64,000 nt of DNA, from the NCBI RefSeq assembly GCF_009914755.1, contig NC_060926.1, one strand, 5' to 3'. Origin of the DNA: the human T2T-CHM13v2.0 reference genome, Homo sapiens. The position numbers were made by a program, and so were the translations under genes. The notes beneath the pieces are model-generated. The model was given only the letters and a program-made list of their open reading frames with translations. It did not search any database and had not been told where the DNA came from. This document shows positions 1 to 21,499 of this stretch, piece by piece; position 1 is the first letter of the stretch, and every line of letters begins with the position of its first letter.

Positions 1-534
1 GCCTTCCCACTAGACCCATAAAATAACACGAAAATTCATCTGGAAAATATATTAAGTGCAGATAGCCAGTAAATCTCTAAAAAGTAACCCTACCACATAG
101 TAAAAATACATTAGAAACCTGGAAGAAATAAAGCAATTTGGCACACGTACAAGAACAGGCAGTAAGATCAACAGAACACAACAGAGACACTAAAAGAGAC
201 CCAAGTATATGTGGAAATTTAGAATATGATAAAGGCAAAACGACACCAGTTGGGAAAATGGATTATTCAGTAAATAGTACTGGGGAAATGGCTGGCCACC
301 TAGAAAACAATTACATGTGGAGCCACACCTTTCTCCTTGATATCAAAATAAATTGCAGGTAGACCAAAAACGTAAATGTACAAGTGGAATCATCAGCACA
401 TGAGAACAAAACATGACTCTATTCTTAATTTGAGTCTAAAAAATATAAAACTCCTTATGACAAAAATACTTAAAGATTAGTTGGGGGAAACATTTGCAAC
501 AATATGAGAGTCCATGTGCCAGTTTCCTCAACTA

Positions 535-1056
<522 letters not shown>

Positions 1057-1179
1057 AGAAATCAATAAACCACAGATAAAGAACCCAGTAGAAAGAAGAA
1101 GCAAGAGAACACACAGCAGAAAAAGATTCATGCGTGTAAGAGATATGTCAAATGCTCCACTTCACTCACTCATAATTTT

Positions 1180-1487
<308 letters not shown>

Positions 1488-2027
1488 TAAAAGACAAATG
1501 AAGGTAAGATACCATTTTTCACCTATCAGATGGGGAAGCATTTTTAAGAGTGAGGAGAAAGATTGGATTATTTATGGAAATGGAAATCAGCAGAGCCATC
1601 GTGAAAGGCAATTTGCACTAGCTATCAACATTTTAAGCGCGCATATCCAGAAGCCAGCAATTCCACATCTAAGGATTGATTTCACTGCAGCATTATCTGT
1701 AAGAGCAAAACACTGGGAAACAAGGACGGCAGTCCTCAGGCGTGTTAACACGAACAGAGCCCCAGCGGGTACTTTCAAGGGAAAAATACATGGTGCCAAA
1801 GTCTCATCATTTGATTTTTAAGGTTACATACATACACACCTATATAACGATACACATGCAATTACATATACACACACGTAGAAAATCATTTATATACTTT
1901 GAAAAAAATTGGAAGAGTTACAGAAGAAACAAGTTGCTCTGAGAAGCAGGCCTGGAGGTTGGGGATGAGGGCAAAGGGGAGTCTGTCTTTGACTTTCACC
2001 TAAAATCCTCCTTTAGTATTTGAGTTA

Positions 2028-2339
<312 letters not shown>

Positions 2340-2356
2340 GAAGGTATTGCTTTTGA

Positions 2357-2775
<419 letters not shown>

Positions 2776-3429
2776 TGAACTGACCACAGGGGCCTAAGTG
2801 AGTTGTGGAGAGATCTGTGGCCATCCAGGTACGAAATGATGTGGCTGGAACAGTGGCACTCTTAGCTGAAAAGAAACAAATGGATTCCAGATTTACTTAA
2901 AAAGCAAAACTGACAGGAGGGATAGCGAGAACAGAACTATTCTCTGTTCCCACTGCCACTCTCCCATCCCACCTTTCTGCCCCATGACAAATGACATCCC
3001 ATAAGACCTCAGTCTCAGAATCAAGGCTCCCATGGGGCTAACGCAGGGCAAGGCACAGAGCCAGAGTCTGGGGAAGCCTCAGAGATGACAGAGGGGTTTG
3101 GGCCTCTGCCCACCAACCACCACTACCCACCCTCCTGGGCACAGGGCTAGCACAGTCAGGAGCCTGCGTGGCACTTGCTGAATAAGGACTTGAATGGGTG
3201 CCTTCTAACTATAACTCCTTGGTTCATGTGACATTGGGAAGATCTGTGGGCGGGGCCCCTTCCCGTCAGGCTCACCACCCGCTGTGCACACCTTCACTCT
3301 CCCCCTGCCCTGGTCCCTCTCCAGTGGGGAGCACCAACAGATTCTCCTGGCTGGGCAGACAGGCCCAGAAGGAAGGCTGCTCGGACCCCTGCCTGTACCC
3401 TGAGACCTGGCCCCCAGCCTCCTGGGCTG

Positions 3430-3475
3430 GCCCTGAACCTCCACATCCCGCCCTGAACCTCCACATCCCGCCCTG
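3430..3475. repeat. 20-bp tandem duplication
   Basis: CCCTGAACCTCCACATCCCG x2 plus partial copy. Confidence 0.95.
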
Positions 3476-4302
3476 CCATTCACATCTCCTGTTACAGGAC
3501 ATGATGCTCCCCTAGCCCACCCCACGGCCCTTCCCACTGGGGACCCCCTTTTTAAGATTCTGCCTCCCTCTAGCCCTCACCACCTGCAGGTCCCAAGCCC
3601 AATGAGCAGGAGCCACAAATCTGTCCCAGAATCACCAGGAAAATCGGTGTGGCTTCTCAGAGGAGGTAGCATCTGAGTTGGGCCTTGAAACATGGAGAGG
3701 AATGAGCCTCTGCCAGATAAAAGAGGAAAGAGGATGTGGCTTTGCCCGGGTATTCCAGACCCAGCAAGGGTGGGACTGAAGGCTTGATGTGGCTGCGTTA
3801 GAGGCGGCCAGACTAAATGCTCTATCTAGGGCGTTACAGCCGGAAGAGTGGCCGCATACCTCGCTGGCCCCCGTGTTCCTTCCTGAGCTGCTGCTCACAC
3901 AGGTGTGTGGTGGTCAAGTACACGTGGTCTGCTTCTCCACCAGACCCGGAATTCCTCAAAGAAGGGCTATGGCCTTCAACTCTTCAACATATATGTTTGT
4001 ATATGTATATATATGCAATTGTGGTGGTCACACAACTGTAAACATCAGTCAAAATGCACTCAGTTCAATACTTAAAATTGGGGAATGTCACTGTTTGTGA
4101 ATTATGCCTCAGTAAAAAGCATGCTTTAGAGTCTCTGGGTGTCCAGGTTCACCAGGCACTTTCACATAGATTATCTCCAGCAGCCCAAACAACAGCCCCA
4201 TTTCACAGATGGAGAAACTGAGGCCAGTGACTTGCCCACATCCCATAGTGGCAGACCTGGGCCCCTCCTTCAGAGCTTGTTGCTCACAGGATATGGGCCT
4301 GA

Positions 4303-4589
<287 letters not shown>

Positions 4590-4886
4590 CGTGAGGGACT
4601 TTTGAGAGGACAGGAGCCAGCCATGGCTGGAATAATCCAATGTACAGAGTCTACCTGGTGCGGCTGTTGCTGTCTTGCCCTCGGGGAGTTCAGCCCCTGT
4701 AAGAGAGGTTCAGTGGTTCGGTTCTGCTCAGGGGGTTCCTCAGGCCAGTCTGGGAGACACTGGGTGACACTCACATTCCTGCACCCCCTAGTCCTGGCCC
4801 CAGTTCACACAGACCACTCGCTGTCATTGGGTAGGTATTAGGGTTCTGAGTCAGATGTCCTCCAAAGAAGGGGTTCTACCACAAAT

Positions 4887-5355
4887 TGAGTTGCCAGATT
4901 TAGCAAATAAAAATACAGGCCAGGCCAGGAGTGGTGGCTCATGCCTGGAATCCCAGCACTTTGGGAGACCAAGGCAGGAGAATCACTTGAGCCCAGGAGT
5001 TCGAGACCAGCTTGGGCAAAATAGCGAGACCCCCCCCAGCTCTACAAAAAATACAAACATTAGCTGAGTGTAGTGGTGTACATCTATTCTGGAGGCTGAG
5101 GCAGGAAGATCTCTTGAGTCCAGGAGTTGGAGGCTGCAGTGAACTATGATTGTGCCACTGCACCCCAGCCTGGGCAACAAAGCAAGTCCTTGTCGCAAAA
5201 AACAAACAAACAAACAAAAAACCAGGACAAAATGTTGGAGACATTCTGATACTAAATAGGACATCCTAAACAGGATAGATTTATACTAAAAATGTATCTG
5301 TTGCTTATCTGAAATTTGAATTTAACTGGACCTCCTACATTTAACCTGGCAATCC
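4887..5355. mobile_element. MER53 MITE split by an AluJ (4923-5221)
   Basis: GTTGCCAGATTTAGCAAATAAAAATACAGG ... TATCTGAAATTTGAATTTAACTGG ... CTGGCAA. Confidence 0.75.
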
Positions 5356-5534
5356 AAACTGAAAAAAAAAAACCACCTAAAATTAAAATTAAATTAACAA
5401 AATTTAAATTTAATGAAATTAATAAAATTTAAAACAAAACTAAAATGAAAGAAAAAGTAAAATAAAAAAATTTTTTTAAATGAGTTAAATTAAATGAAAC
5501 GAGAATAAAATCCCAAAAGAGGTGAACACTGCAC

Positions 5535-6015
5535 AAGCGCGCACGCCTGCGCCGAGCGCCCGTGGCCCAGCAAGATGGCGAGGCCGCGCCTTCCCCACCC
5601 AGGCGTGGGGTCCTCGGGCCTCTGCGCGGCGCTCGCCCGGGACTGGGACGCAGAGCCGCGGACGGCTTTGGGGACGCCAGGGCTCCGGACTTCCCCGGCG
5701 GCGCCTCACGGGCGGCAATCGCCCGCGAGCCTTGGGGCGCGGCACCCAGGGCCTCCCCACCGGGCTCCGAGGGACGCAGCGGCCTCGCCACCGCATTAGG
5801 CCGAATCCGGTGCCTTCTAGAAATGGCCTCCTGCAGCTCCAGAGCGCCTGCAGGGTGAGCAGAGGCTGCTCTGTTTTCAAGAAAGCCGCGCGCCCTCATG
5901 GCCCCGCAGGGCCCCTCACGGCCTCTGCTGCTCTGGGGAGAAGGTAGCCGGCGCCACCGAGTCCCAGGAGGTCCCCGGACGCCCGCCCGGGCCCCGTGGG
6001 AGGGTGACGCCCGTG
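5535..6015. promoter_or_regulatory. CpG island (likely promoter)
   Basis: High CpG/GC; YY1-type CAAGATGGCG at 5571-5580; NRF1-like GCGCACGCCTGCGC near 5539-5552. Confidence 0.85.
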
Positions 6016-6640
6016 ACAGCTCCTCTAGCTGCACTCTGCTGCCTCTGTCATTCTGCCACTCAAATCTCTGGCCTGACACTGTGCAGGCGGAAACAAGTGG
6101 GGGGCCCCTAGGTTTTCCCCCACAAATCTGAATGCTGAAAGGCGCGCCAGAGAACTTTTGCTCACTTGGGGAAAAGCCGATCTGTACCTTAGAAAGGGCA
6201 ATAATAAGGATATAATATTAAATTAATAATACCTAATACAGTCATAAAGGTCCAGAACCTTATGCCCAGGCACCCCACTCCCTGGGAATGTATCCTAATG
6301 AAATAATTCAAAGGAATAACCGTGCCCTAGGCATAATCATGTTCATTATGGCATTATTAGTGTGAGCTAAAAATTGAAAACAACCTCGCCACCTAGCAAG
6401 GGAGAATGGTTAAGGGAACGGTTTTACACCCACTAGATGGAATGCCGTGTAGCCAGTAAGTGATTATTGCAAGGTCTGTAGAAACACGGGGAAATGTTTA
6501 TAATGTAATCTTAATGAAAAATGGTTTAACATGAAATGGTAAATTCTCATGGATCTCAACTCCTTCAGAATTGCTTTTTCTTTTAATCGAAAATGTTATA
6601 TAGATACTTGCAGATTCACATGCAGTTATAAGAAAATATA

Positions 6641-7011
<371 letters not shown>

Positions 7012-7135
7012 TCACAACCAGCATATTGACAGGGATGTAACCTGCTGATCTAATGCAGATTTCCCAAATGTTACTTATACTTGTGTGTTTTGTTCTATAC
7101 AGTGTTATCACAATTGTAAATTACAATTTTACTAG

Positions 7136-7465
<330 letters not shown>

Positions 7466-7504
7466 TAAAGCACACGTGTGCATATGTAGAAATGTGTTAT
7501 ATAA

Positions 7505-7840
<336 letters not shown>

Positions 7841-7908
7841 CAAGAGATTTTAGTTTAAATGTTTATCTTTAATGCTGCTATGTCATCTTATCAATTAAAA
7901 GAGGGGAA

Positions 7909-8208
<300 letters not shown>

Positions 8209-9107
8209 CTAGAAAAGGCAGGTGAAAGAAAGGAGAGAATGGTGGGCCAGGATGGCAGAAGGCAGAGATGCCGCCTAGCCTTGCCAGGACTAGCCATACC
8301 GTCTTGAGCAAATCAACGAACATTCTTTGAACTGCAGTTTCTCAACAGTCAAGCGGGGATAATTTCCCCTGCCGTATCTACCTAGCAAGGTTACTATGAG
8401 GTCCTTTTTGCCAAACTCAGGTAACATCCTCCAGGCCCTCCCTGAGCACAGTCAGCTGACAAACACACTGAAAAAGTGAACCCTCCGGGGGGTCCCTTGA
8501 TCTTTTGTGGTCTCACCACTCACAGACCAGCTACTACCAAAAAGGGAAGTCTCTCCACCAGGCAGGGAGGAGACGTCACAAGGGGCTTCCCAAACATTTC
8601 CCGCTGCAAGAGGCCTGGTCTTTGGAAGTGGACCATCAGGCTCAGAAACAGGTTCCCTGGGGCAGCCAGAGGAAAATGCAATCAGACAGGAAAGGAGCAA
8701 ATAACGCAGTGCCCCTGGGGTTCCCTTGGCTCTCCCAGAGAAAAACAGTCAGCCTGACTTGGGTTTCCCTCCAGTGGACCAGCTGAGGTCACTCCACAGA
8801 CATCCTGGGCTCCTCCCAGGCCTCTTCTCCTTCCAGATACGTCCTGGGCTGCTTGTGTGAAAGGGTTCCAGTTCCCACACTGTCCTCTCCACCAGGGAGA
8901 AAAGCTGAAGCCATGATCCTGAAGGTGTTCAACTCAAGATGCTTTCTATTTTAACTCGAACTCTTGAGATGCCTTGTTTTCCAGAGCTCCAGGACCACCG
9001 TCCACCAGCTGTACTGCTGACCTTTGCTGTGGTTGGCTTTGCTGTCCTCTCAGCCTAAGACGCCCTTGGCCTTCTCTGTCCTGTGAACTCCCACCCCATC
9101 CTTTAAG

Positions 9108-9236
9108 GCAGGGAATGGTACACTTTTTCTGTAAAGGCCTAGATAGTAAATATATTAAGCTTTGTGTATAGTCTCTGTCACAACGATCCATAGAATGAGC
9201 ATGGCTGTATTCCCACTACATTTTATTTACGGACAT
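9108..9236 (+). mobile_element. MER58A fragment (hAT-Charlie)
   Basis: ACTTTTTCTGTAAAGGCCTAGATAGTAAATAT ... GTCTCTGTCACAAC ... TTTATTTAC. Confidence 0.75.
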
Positions 9237-9380
9237 TTTAGTCTTTTTCTTCTTTTTGAGATGGGGGTCTCACTATGTTGCCCAGGCTGGTCTCAAACTC
9301 CTGGATTCAAGCGATCCTCCAGCCTTGGCCTCCTACATAGCTGGACTATACATACACACCACCATACCCAGTGTGGACAC

Positions 9381-10224
<844 letters not shown>

Positions 10225-11207
10225 CCAACATTTCGATTTCAAAGTGTTCACACGTCTTCTTCTTCTTCTTCTTCTCCAGATATTATCAGCCAAGCTAGAA
10301 CACAAGGCAGCCCACCAACCCAGCACAGATTTGAACAGGCAGCTGAGGAGAGAGCCTGGGATGCCAGCTCTGAAGTGTTCACCGCTAGAAGTGTTCCCTT
10401 GTCAAAGAAAGAAGCCATCCCTTGTCAGTAGATGGTCAGGAGTTCAAGACCAGCCTGGGCAACATGGTGAAACCCCGTCTTTACAAAAAAATACAAACAT
10501 TAGCCAGGCGTGGTGGCCTGTGCCTGTGGTCCCAGCTGCTTGGGAGGCTGAGGTGGGAGGATCACTTGAGCCTGGGAGGTCAAGGCTGCAGTGCCACAGT
10601 GCACTTCTACCATCACTTGTCACGGCTCATTGAACCCATGTGACCCTGATCCAAGCCAGGCAACCACAGTCTCTGTCCCAGAAACTTGGTGTGAAGTCAG
10701 AGACAGAGTCAGTCGGTGCCAGTATAAGGACTGGAAGGTTATGAAGGCTGGGACATGAGACCTTTGGGGTCAGCCATGAGGGTGCCAGCTGGAAATCAGT
10801 GACCGAGGGCAAGGGAAGGAACCCGATCAACAGAAGGGCAGAGGCAGGGCATACACAGTCCCTGATGGAAGGATAGACAGAGAGAGCAGCCACCTGGGAA
10901 ACCCTGCTTACGCTGATGCCCATCCTGCCTCCTACAACTGAATTCCATGAAATGCTGTCATGGTTATTCTAAGTCCCCCTTGACTTCAGCAGCTTTAGTG
11001 GGCTTCTGGGCCTTGCAGCCAAACCAGCTGCCAGGCATCCAGCCCAAAGTAGGTCCTCAAAGTATCCTGCCCATCTGCCTTTTAGGGCTGGGATTCCTTA
11101 CTTTTGCCCAGGAAAGGCATCTTGGGGTGACATCTGGGAAGCAAGGATCACTCAGAAAAGAGGGAAGGAGCTGGGGCTGGGATTCCGACAATTTCACTGT
11201 GGCAGCA

Positions 11208-12440
<1,233 letters not shown>

Positions 12441-12496
12441 GCAGCAAGAGTCATTGTTAGTAATAAGTCTTAATACTGTACCATAAGGTTGCAACT

Positions 12497-12792
12497 TGTT
12501 TATTTTTTTGAGACAGAGTCTCACTCTGTCTCCCAGGCTGGAGTGCGGTGGTGCAATCTTGGCTCGCTGCAGCCTCAACCTCCCAGGCTCAAGCGATCCT
12601 CCCACCTCAGCCTCCCAAGTAGCTTGGGACCACAGGCACGAGCCACAACACTCAGCTAATTTTTGTACTTTTTGTAGAGACAGGGTTTCACTATGTAGCC
12701 TAGGCTGATCTCAAACTCCTGAGCTCAACTGATCCATTTGCCTTGGCCTCCCAAAGTGCTGGGATTACAGGTGTGAGCCACCGCACCTGGCT
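12497..12792 (-). mobile_element. AluJ
   Basis: Dimeric Alu. Confidence 0.85.
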
Positions 12793-13246
12793 ACATCTCA
12801 TTTATTGAGTACTCGTTTATATCCTCTAGTGAACACCTAATATACATATCTTAATCCTCACAACAGCCTAGGAAGGAGGCTACTAATTGTGTCAATTTTA
12901 TTTGCTGAGTCTTTAAAAAGGTTGAGTTGATTATCACAGCTGGTAGAGGGCTAGGATTTAAACTCAATCTGTCTGCATTTTCTGCTTTGCCACACTGCAC
13001 TCCTGCCATAATTAGGATCCATCTTCCTAGGGTTGATTCCTCCAGCTGCTGTGGCCTAAAAAATGTGAGTTAATTGGTTACAGAGTAGGGATACCATGTT
13101 TGTACTCTAATTTTTTCAAGAGCTGAGTGGTCTCAAAGTGGTCTGAGGACAGCCACCAGTAGCACTTTCTGTTGCCCTCTGTTGTTCCAAGTTCATCTCC
13201 CTAACTAGACAGCATGCTCTTTGATGGAGGGCCTCTGCTATCTTGA

Positions 13247-13538
<292 letters not shown>

Positions 13539-14904
13539 GATTTTTTTTACTTTATCCTGAAAACCATGTGTAACGGCCTCTGGTTGCTATTGTTTTAGTG
13601 CTGACCAGCCCCTTTCCATCCCATTTCCTTCTGGAAACAGGCTGCCCTTGGTCCTTCAGCCATAGCCCTCCAGCCTGGGCAATCAGACTACCCAATAATG
13701 AGATGGTGCCAGACTGAGCAGGACCAGTCAGAATTCTTCTCTGGAGTTGATAGAAGGCTCTGGGGAAAATTCCACCAAGGCTGTAAGCTAGGAGCATGTG
13801 AATTCAGGGATGTCAGGGGGCAAGTTTCCCCCACCTGGAGTCAGACTGTTTACAGAGGAGGCCAAGCAGAGCCAAACAAAAACAAGACAGACTTGAAGAG
13901 AGCACGAGAGAGCAAGAGCAAGAGAGGAGAGAGAGACAGTGCGAGAAGAGAGGAGAGAGAATCAAGTATTAGTTCCAGTTCCTAAGGTCTGTTCAATTCT
14001 GCGAACAATCCAGGCATCCTTCTGGACTCTCTCAGAGTCCATTTACTTTCTGTTACGCACTTGGTCCCGTAATATGTCACCATGACAAGCACAGTATGAT
14101 TCGACTGCTGGGGTTCAAGGGGTGGAGGACGAGCTGATCAGAAAGTTTCTGTCATGGTGACAGCAGCCCAATTTCATGCTGGAAATGAAGGCAGCTCCTG
14201 CTGCTCCATCCAGCATTTGAGGGGCCCCTCTCTCTGCCCTTTGGATGTAGATAGCCCATTCTACGCAGCCAGACCTTTGCATATGGCCTTCAGCTATACA
14301 GAAATCCAGATGGCAGTTCTTGGGACCCTTTTCCTCTCATCAATCCCACCTCAAGCATCTTCCGCCTCGCAGCTCTTAACCCTCCCTATCTATTCCAAGC
14401 TCTGCCAAGCCCCATTTTATCAGCCAGACAGGATTCTGTGTTCCGCCTGACACATCTCCTGACCCTAACCCATGCCACTGCCCTCCCTCTCCTCCTCCAA
14501 CTGGGCCTTCCTCCCACCTAGGCCATCAGCACGTTTCTGGACGTTCTCACTTCGAAATTGCTCCTTTATTGGCTTCTTTCCCAGGCTTGTCCACAGGCCT
14601 AGAGCGTCCTCTGCCTAGGATCCCCAGGGCCTGAGAGGCCCTTCCAGAGGGGCTGACTAGAGAGGCGTGGCTAAGTCCAGGGGGTGCTGCTTTTGTGGGG
14701 CAGGCTGCCTCCCCACCCCGAGTGACTCCAGTTCAAGAAGCACCGTGGCATGGCTCGGGGTCCAGCGGGCCCAGCCCAGCTCCATAGTGAGGAGTGCATA
14801 AGGCCTTCTGAAGGTGGAGATGCCAGCCAGCCACATCTACAGAAGCCCCAGCTCACAAAGAATGGCACATCTTGATCCATTTTTATTTACAAAACAAACT
14901 CTAA

Positions 14905-15110
14905 ATGTGTTTGTGTGTGTATGCATATGTGTATATATACACACAGACTTACATATGTATGTTTATATACATCTACATGTATATATACATCTACATTGTA
15001 TATACATTTACCTTCTATATAAATGTTACATTTATAGACATATACATTTATATGTATATACACATATATATTTACCCATGTATCTATAATATAATGTATG
15101 CTATATATAA
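14905..15110. repeat. TA/CA-rich low-complexity tract
   Basis: Degenerate (TATACA)/(TATG) repeats. Confidence 0.9.
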
Positions 15111-15124
15111 GAAATCAAGAAGTA

Positions 15125-15440
<316 letters not shown>

Positions 15441-15727
15441 CTAAAATGTCAGTAGTGGTGGGATTTTTAAAATAAACTTTTAAAATAAAAACTTTATTGA
15501 CCTATACTTTGCATACAATAATCTGTACCTATATTAGTTGAGTTTCGATAACATACTCATGTAGCCACCAGGTGGTTCAGTATTTTATTTTCTTCTTTAT
15601 GCCTTTCTTTAATTTCTAATTTTTTAAATTCAGTGGACAAGTGTGATGAGTAATTAGGTAAGAACATGTACAGAGGGAGACAAAGAGAAATAATTTCTAA
15701 GTCTCTGGCCTCGCATTCATAATCTAG

Positions 15728-16077
<350 letters not shown>

Positions 16078-16907
16078 GCACCAGGGCCTTCTATAAGCAC
16101 TGCCTTATGTGCCTTCCCACAGCCACTCTTTGAGAAGTTGGTTAAGGCAGAATGTTCACCCACTGCAGGTGAATACACCACAACTCAGAGAGGTCAAGTG
16201 ACTGGCCCATTAAGGGGGAATCACAGAGCCAGTTAAGTGCAGGTGAGCCCAGGGCTCTCTTCATTAGCCATCCTTAATGGGTTCAAGGAGCCCAGATGGA
16301 CTTCATCCAGGTCCGCAGGTGTAACTAGCTCCTCAGAACTGCAGGAAATGAGGCCAACCCCCTGTCTGGACACAGCAGCCTCACAGCCTGGTCCGCAAGG
16401 ACAGCAGCCCACCCTGCTTCCCACCCAGGCTGGCCACGGATTTGATTCAGGAGGGGAACGGTGGAATCTGGCTCAGAGCAGGAGGCCTGCTTCTTCTGGA
16501 GACCTATTAACGCCTTGAGCACTCAAAAAGGGTGACCCACCGCCTGCCCTCCTCCCCAGCACAGCCAAAAATGACCTTGATCTTTGCCAAGCCTACCCAA
16601 GAAGAGAAGGAAACGCCCCTCCTCGGCAGCAAGGCAGGGTGTACAATCCCTCCTATTCTCATATCCGCTTCTCCACCTCCAGCGAGGGATCCTACCAGAG
16701 CCCCTTGAGGCTGCAAACCCAGGGGAGGCTCCTCCAGGCCCCTCTAACTCAGTGAAGCTAGAGATGCAGTGCGGAGGACTTACATGGAGAAAAATGCACA
16801 AATAATAGGCCCTTGCAGCTTCAGTCTGCCCTGGGAGGAGGCTGTGGGCCAGGATGACCCTGTATACATCCCAACCCAGCACCACCACCAACACCAGCAT
16901 ATACAGC

Positions 16908-16950
16908 ATTGATTATGCTCCTACTACTTATTGATTACGCTCCTACTACA
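16908..16950. repeat. 22-bp tandem duplication
   Basis: ATTGATTATGCTCCTACTACTT / ATTGATTACGCTCCTACTACA. Confidence 0.9.
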
Positions 16951-17139
16951 GTAGTTCAACAACAACAAAAACTTCCTAGCGCCAAAGGTTACCGGAGGTT
17001 GCCACCCAAACCCTCTGGGACCCCTCATCACTAGACTCCTGCTCCTGGCGACCACCCGAGTCCCATCCCCACCAACACACGCGACTTCATCCAAAAGTTC
17101 TTCCTCTGAGAACGCCAAGAGACACCCAAGGGACTCCAG

Positions 17140-17808
17140 GTAAAGGTGAGCCCTTCCAGCAGTCGCCCTCTGGCTCGGCACGGAGGGGGGCGCTCAGCCT
17201 TTCTGGGGCAAATTTAGTAATATGGGACCCGAGCCCTCGACCCGAAATACGCCCGAGGCATTTATCCTAAAAAACGACAAGGTCCGGGCGCCCAGCAGAA
17301 CGGCCCGGCTCGACCGCGCGCAGCTTGCAGGCAGGGGGGTGTGCAGGTCACCGCGCCACCCCGGCGAGCAGAGCCGCGGAGGGCGCCACGTCGGTGCGCT
17401 GGCCCCGCCCGAGCGGGGCGGGACCTTCCTGTACCCCCGGAAGCCCCCGCGGGCAGCTGGGGAGGAAACCGCGGCCACGCGCTCGGGGGGCCCGGCTCGG
17501 GAAGGGCAGTGCGCGCGCATGCGTTGGGGCGGGGCGCCGGGGACCTGCGGGCCCCAGGCCCAGCGCGCCGCCAGCCGGAGTGCCCGGCGCCCGTCGAAAG
17601 GCCCCTGCGCCGGTTCAGGACCCGCACCCAGCTACGCTGCGGAGCCCCAGCTCGCAGCACCCTCCCACCCACCGCTCCTGGCTGCTTTTCTCCTGAGTCC
17701 GCGGGGCGGGGTCGTTTTTGTTTTTTACAAAAATGTATGTAAAGGTATTTCGATGAGTGAAGGAACACGCTATAATGCTCACTCAATGCAGCATCGGTGA
17801 TAATTGCG

Positions 17809-17830
<22 letters not shown>
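17140..17830. promoter_or_regulatory. CpG island with no recognised gene (promoter/enhancer-like)
   Basis: High CpG; NRF1 core GCGCATGCG at 17515-17523; several GGGGCGGG GC boxes. Confidence 0.85.
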
Positions 17831-19130
<1,300 letters not shown>

Positions 19131-19801
19131 GTGATATTTTCAAAGAATATTTAGTGATGTGGGAAAATGTTCACAATAAAATGTTCACAGAAAAATATCT
19201 GGCACAAAGTGGCAGTAAATGCTAGTAATTATTAAAAAACAGGGTATTAGTGAACAATGTGGTTTTAAGTTAGTAAAGTATATGTATCTAATACAAAAGA
19301 AAAAAGAAACATTCCAAAGGTGATTATCTCAGGAAGGTGGGATTATGAATAATTTTTACTTTTTCCTTTTTTTGGTTATTTTAAAATTTGGTGCAGTTAA
19401 TATAATTTTAGGCCTAGGAGAAAAAGGTCCTGTTATATCAGTTTGTTTTTTTTTTTTAAGCCCTTGATTCATTCTTTTCAATGTAGAGGTTGCTCTGAGA
19501 GCCCAGGCGACCCTCCCCTTGGGCAGATGCTTGCTTTGAGGAAGTGTGGAGAGTGGAAACAGCCTGGTGGGCTGGGATGTTGGAACAGCACCTCAGCCCT
19601 TCTCCCTGGCAAGTTGTGTAATCTTAATGAACCTCAATTTTCCCATCTGTAAAATAGGCGTAATTACCTGAGGCCTTTGCATGAGAATTATATGAAGTAA
19701 TTCATGTAAAGGACTCAAGCCGGGGCTCACAGGAAGTTCAGTCATGTTTGCAGCTGCAGGAGCAAATTCCTCAGACATAGTGGACACTCAGTAACAAAGA
19801 T

Positions 19802-20082
19802 GGCTGGGCGCAGTGGCTCACGCCTGGAATCTCAGCACTTTGGGAGACCAAGGCAGGCAGATTACTTGAGCCCAGGAGTCAGAGACCAGCCTGTGCAACA
19901 TAGTGGGACCCTGTCTCTACAAAAAATACAAAAATCAGCTGGGTGGGCTCTCATGTACCTGTAGTCCCAGCTACTTAGGAAGCTGAAGTGGGAGGATCAC
20001 CTGAGCCCGGGAGGTCGAGGCTGTGGTAAGCCCTGATCGTACCACTGCACTCCAGCCTGGGTGACAGAGAGAGACCCTGTCT

Positions 20083-20115
<33 letters not shown>

Positions 20116-20150
20116 AAGAACAACAACAACAAAACCAAACAAAAAACAAA
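19802..20150 (+). mobile_element. AluJ
   Basis: Dimeric Alu with long A/CAA tail. Confidence 0.88.
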
Positions 20151-21499
20151 TGCTGCTTCCCTTCTCCTTGCCCTTGGACACTGTGGACGTAACCTAGGTG
20201 TTTCGGCAGCTGAGTTGGGACTAACTTAAGAGGTCCCAGACATTGTCAAAAACTCCCTAAACCATGGTCTGCCCAGTAAAAGAGGCTTCTAAGACAGTGA
20301 GAGCCCCTGTTCTGGAGATCTCTGCAGGTGCGATTACCGATTCACTCAACAAACAGATAGTGAGCTTCCAGCGGTACAATGGAGGACAACATAGTCAGTT
20401 TCTGCCCTCTTGGATTTCCGTTCTAGTGAGGGAGACACAATAAATAAGTAAACAAAATGATTAGCAATTGTGATAAGAGCCACAAAAGACACAAAGAGCT
20501 GCAACAGAAAACTGAAGTGAAGGGGTTCAAATGTGAGGCAGGGATGGGCCTCTCTTGGGAACTTGGACCAGCACAAGGGTCTGGGACACCATAGCTGAGG
20601 TTACCCCAAGCCCAACCTTCCTGTGCCACTGCCTGGTTCTCCTGGAAGCCCCTAGACCGGGCACCAGAGCAATGCAGTGGACCCACTGGGCCAAGCCCCT
20701 GGGTGGTCAGAGCCTCCAGAGAAAACAGGTGGCCCTTCGCTCCTTTACTCTGTCCCAAGCCCTTCCCCATTCTCTACTTCATCGAATCCTCAGCACAACC
20801 TGTGAGGCAGACAGGGCCCAATTCTTTCTCTCCCGTCTAAGCAGAGCGTAGGACTGGTGAAGAGAGTCACTCGAGGTCACACAGCCAGTGGGGAAACTGA
20901 CTTGGCCCTGGCCTCCAGCTCCTGCCTGTGCTTCCCCTCCCCTCTGCAGAGCCAGCCCCCTGGGGTGGTGGGTGGAGAAGGACCCAGGGCTAAGGCAGGG
21001 GAAGGCTGAGGGGCCGCATATCCAAACCCTCAAAGAGAGAGTGAGGAGCTACCACTCCCCGGGGGACCAGCCCGAGGCCTGTGAGAGGTGGACTGGGAGC
21101 AGGTAACCTGCAGTGGACAGACAGGTTTTGAAATGTGGGTGTTGCCACTGTGCACCTGTGACCATGAGTAGAGTATGTGTCCCATCTGTAAAATGAGACA
21201 ATATTACCAGGCACAAGGGTTGTGAAGTTAATACAGAACCATTTCTGGTACATGCTGAGCACTCAGTGCACAGTAGTTGTAACAATGATTATAACTACCA
21301 CATACAATTATGTATGAGACCTGGTCTGGGCCCTGGGGATGCTGGAGAAACAAAGAAGAGTCTGCCCTTGCAGAACTTTTATCTTAGTGCAGAAGACAGA
21401 CAACAAATAGTAAGCAAAATCATAAGTAAGGATGTCAGAGGCTGACAGTTCTGAAGATAGTACATAAAATAAAAAGGAGTGGGTATAAGGCTACTTGAG

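Noticed and set aside
5429-6079. 216-aa and overlapping ORFs in the first CpG island
   Set aside because: Several frames are open because GC-rich DNA lacks stops; low-complexity R/P/G/A peptide with no recognisable domain
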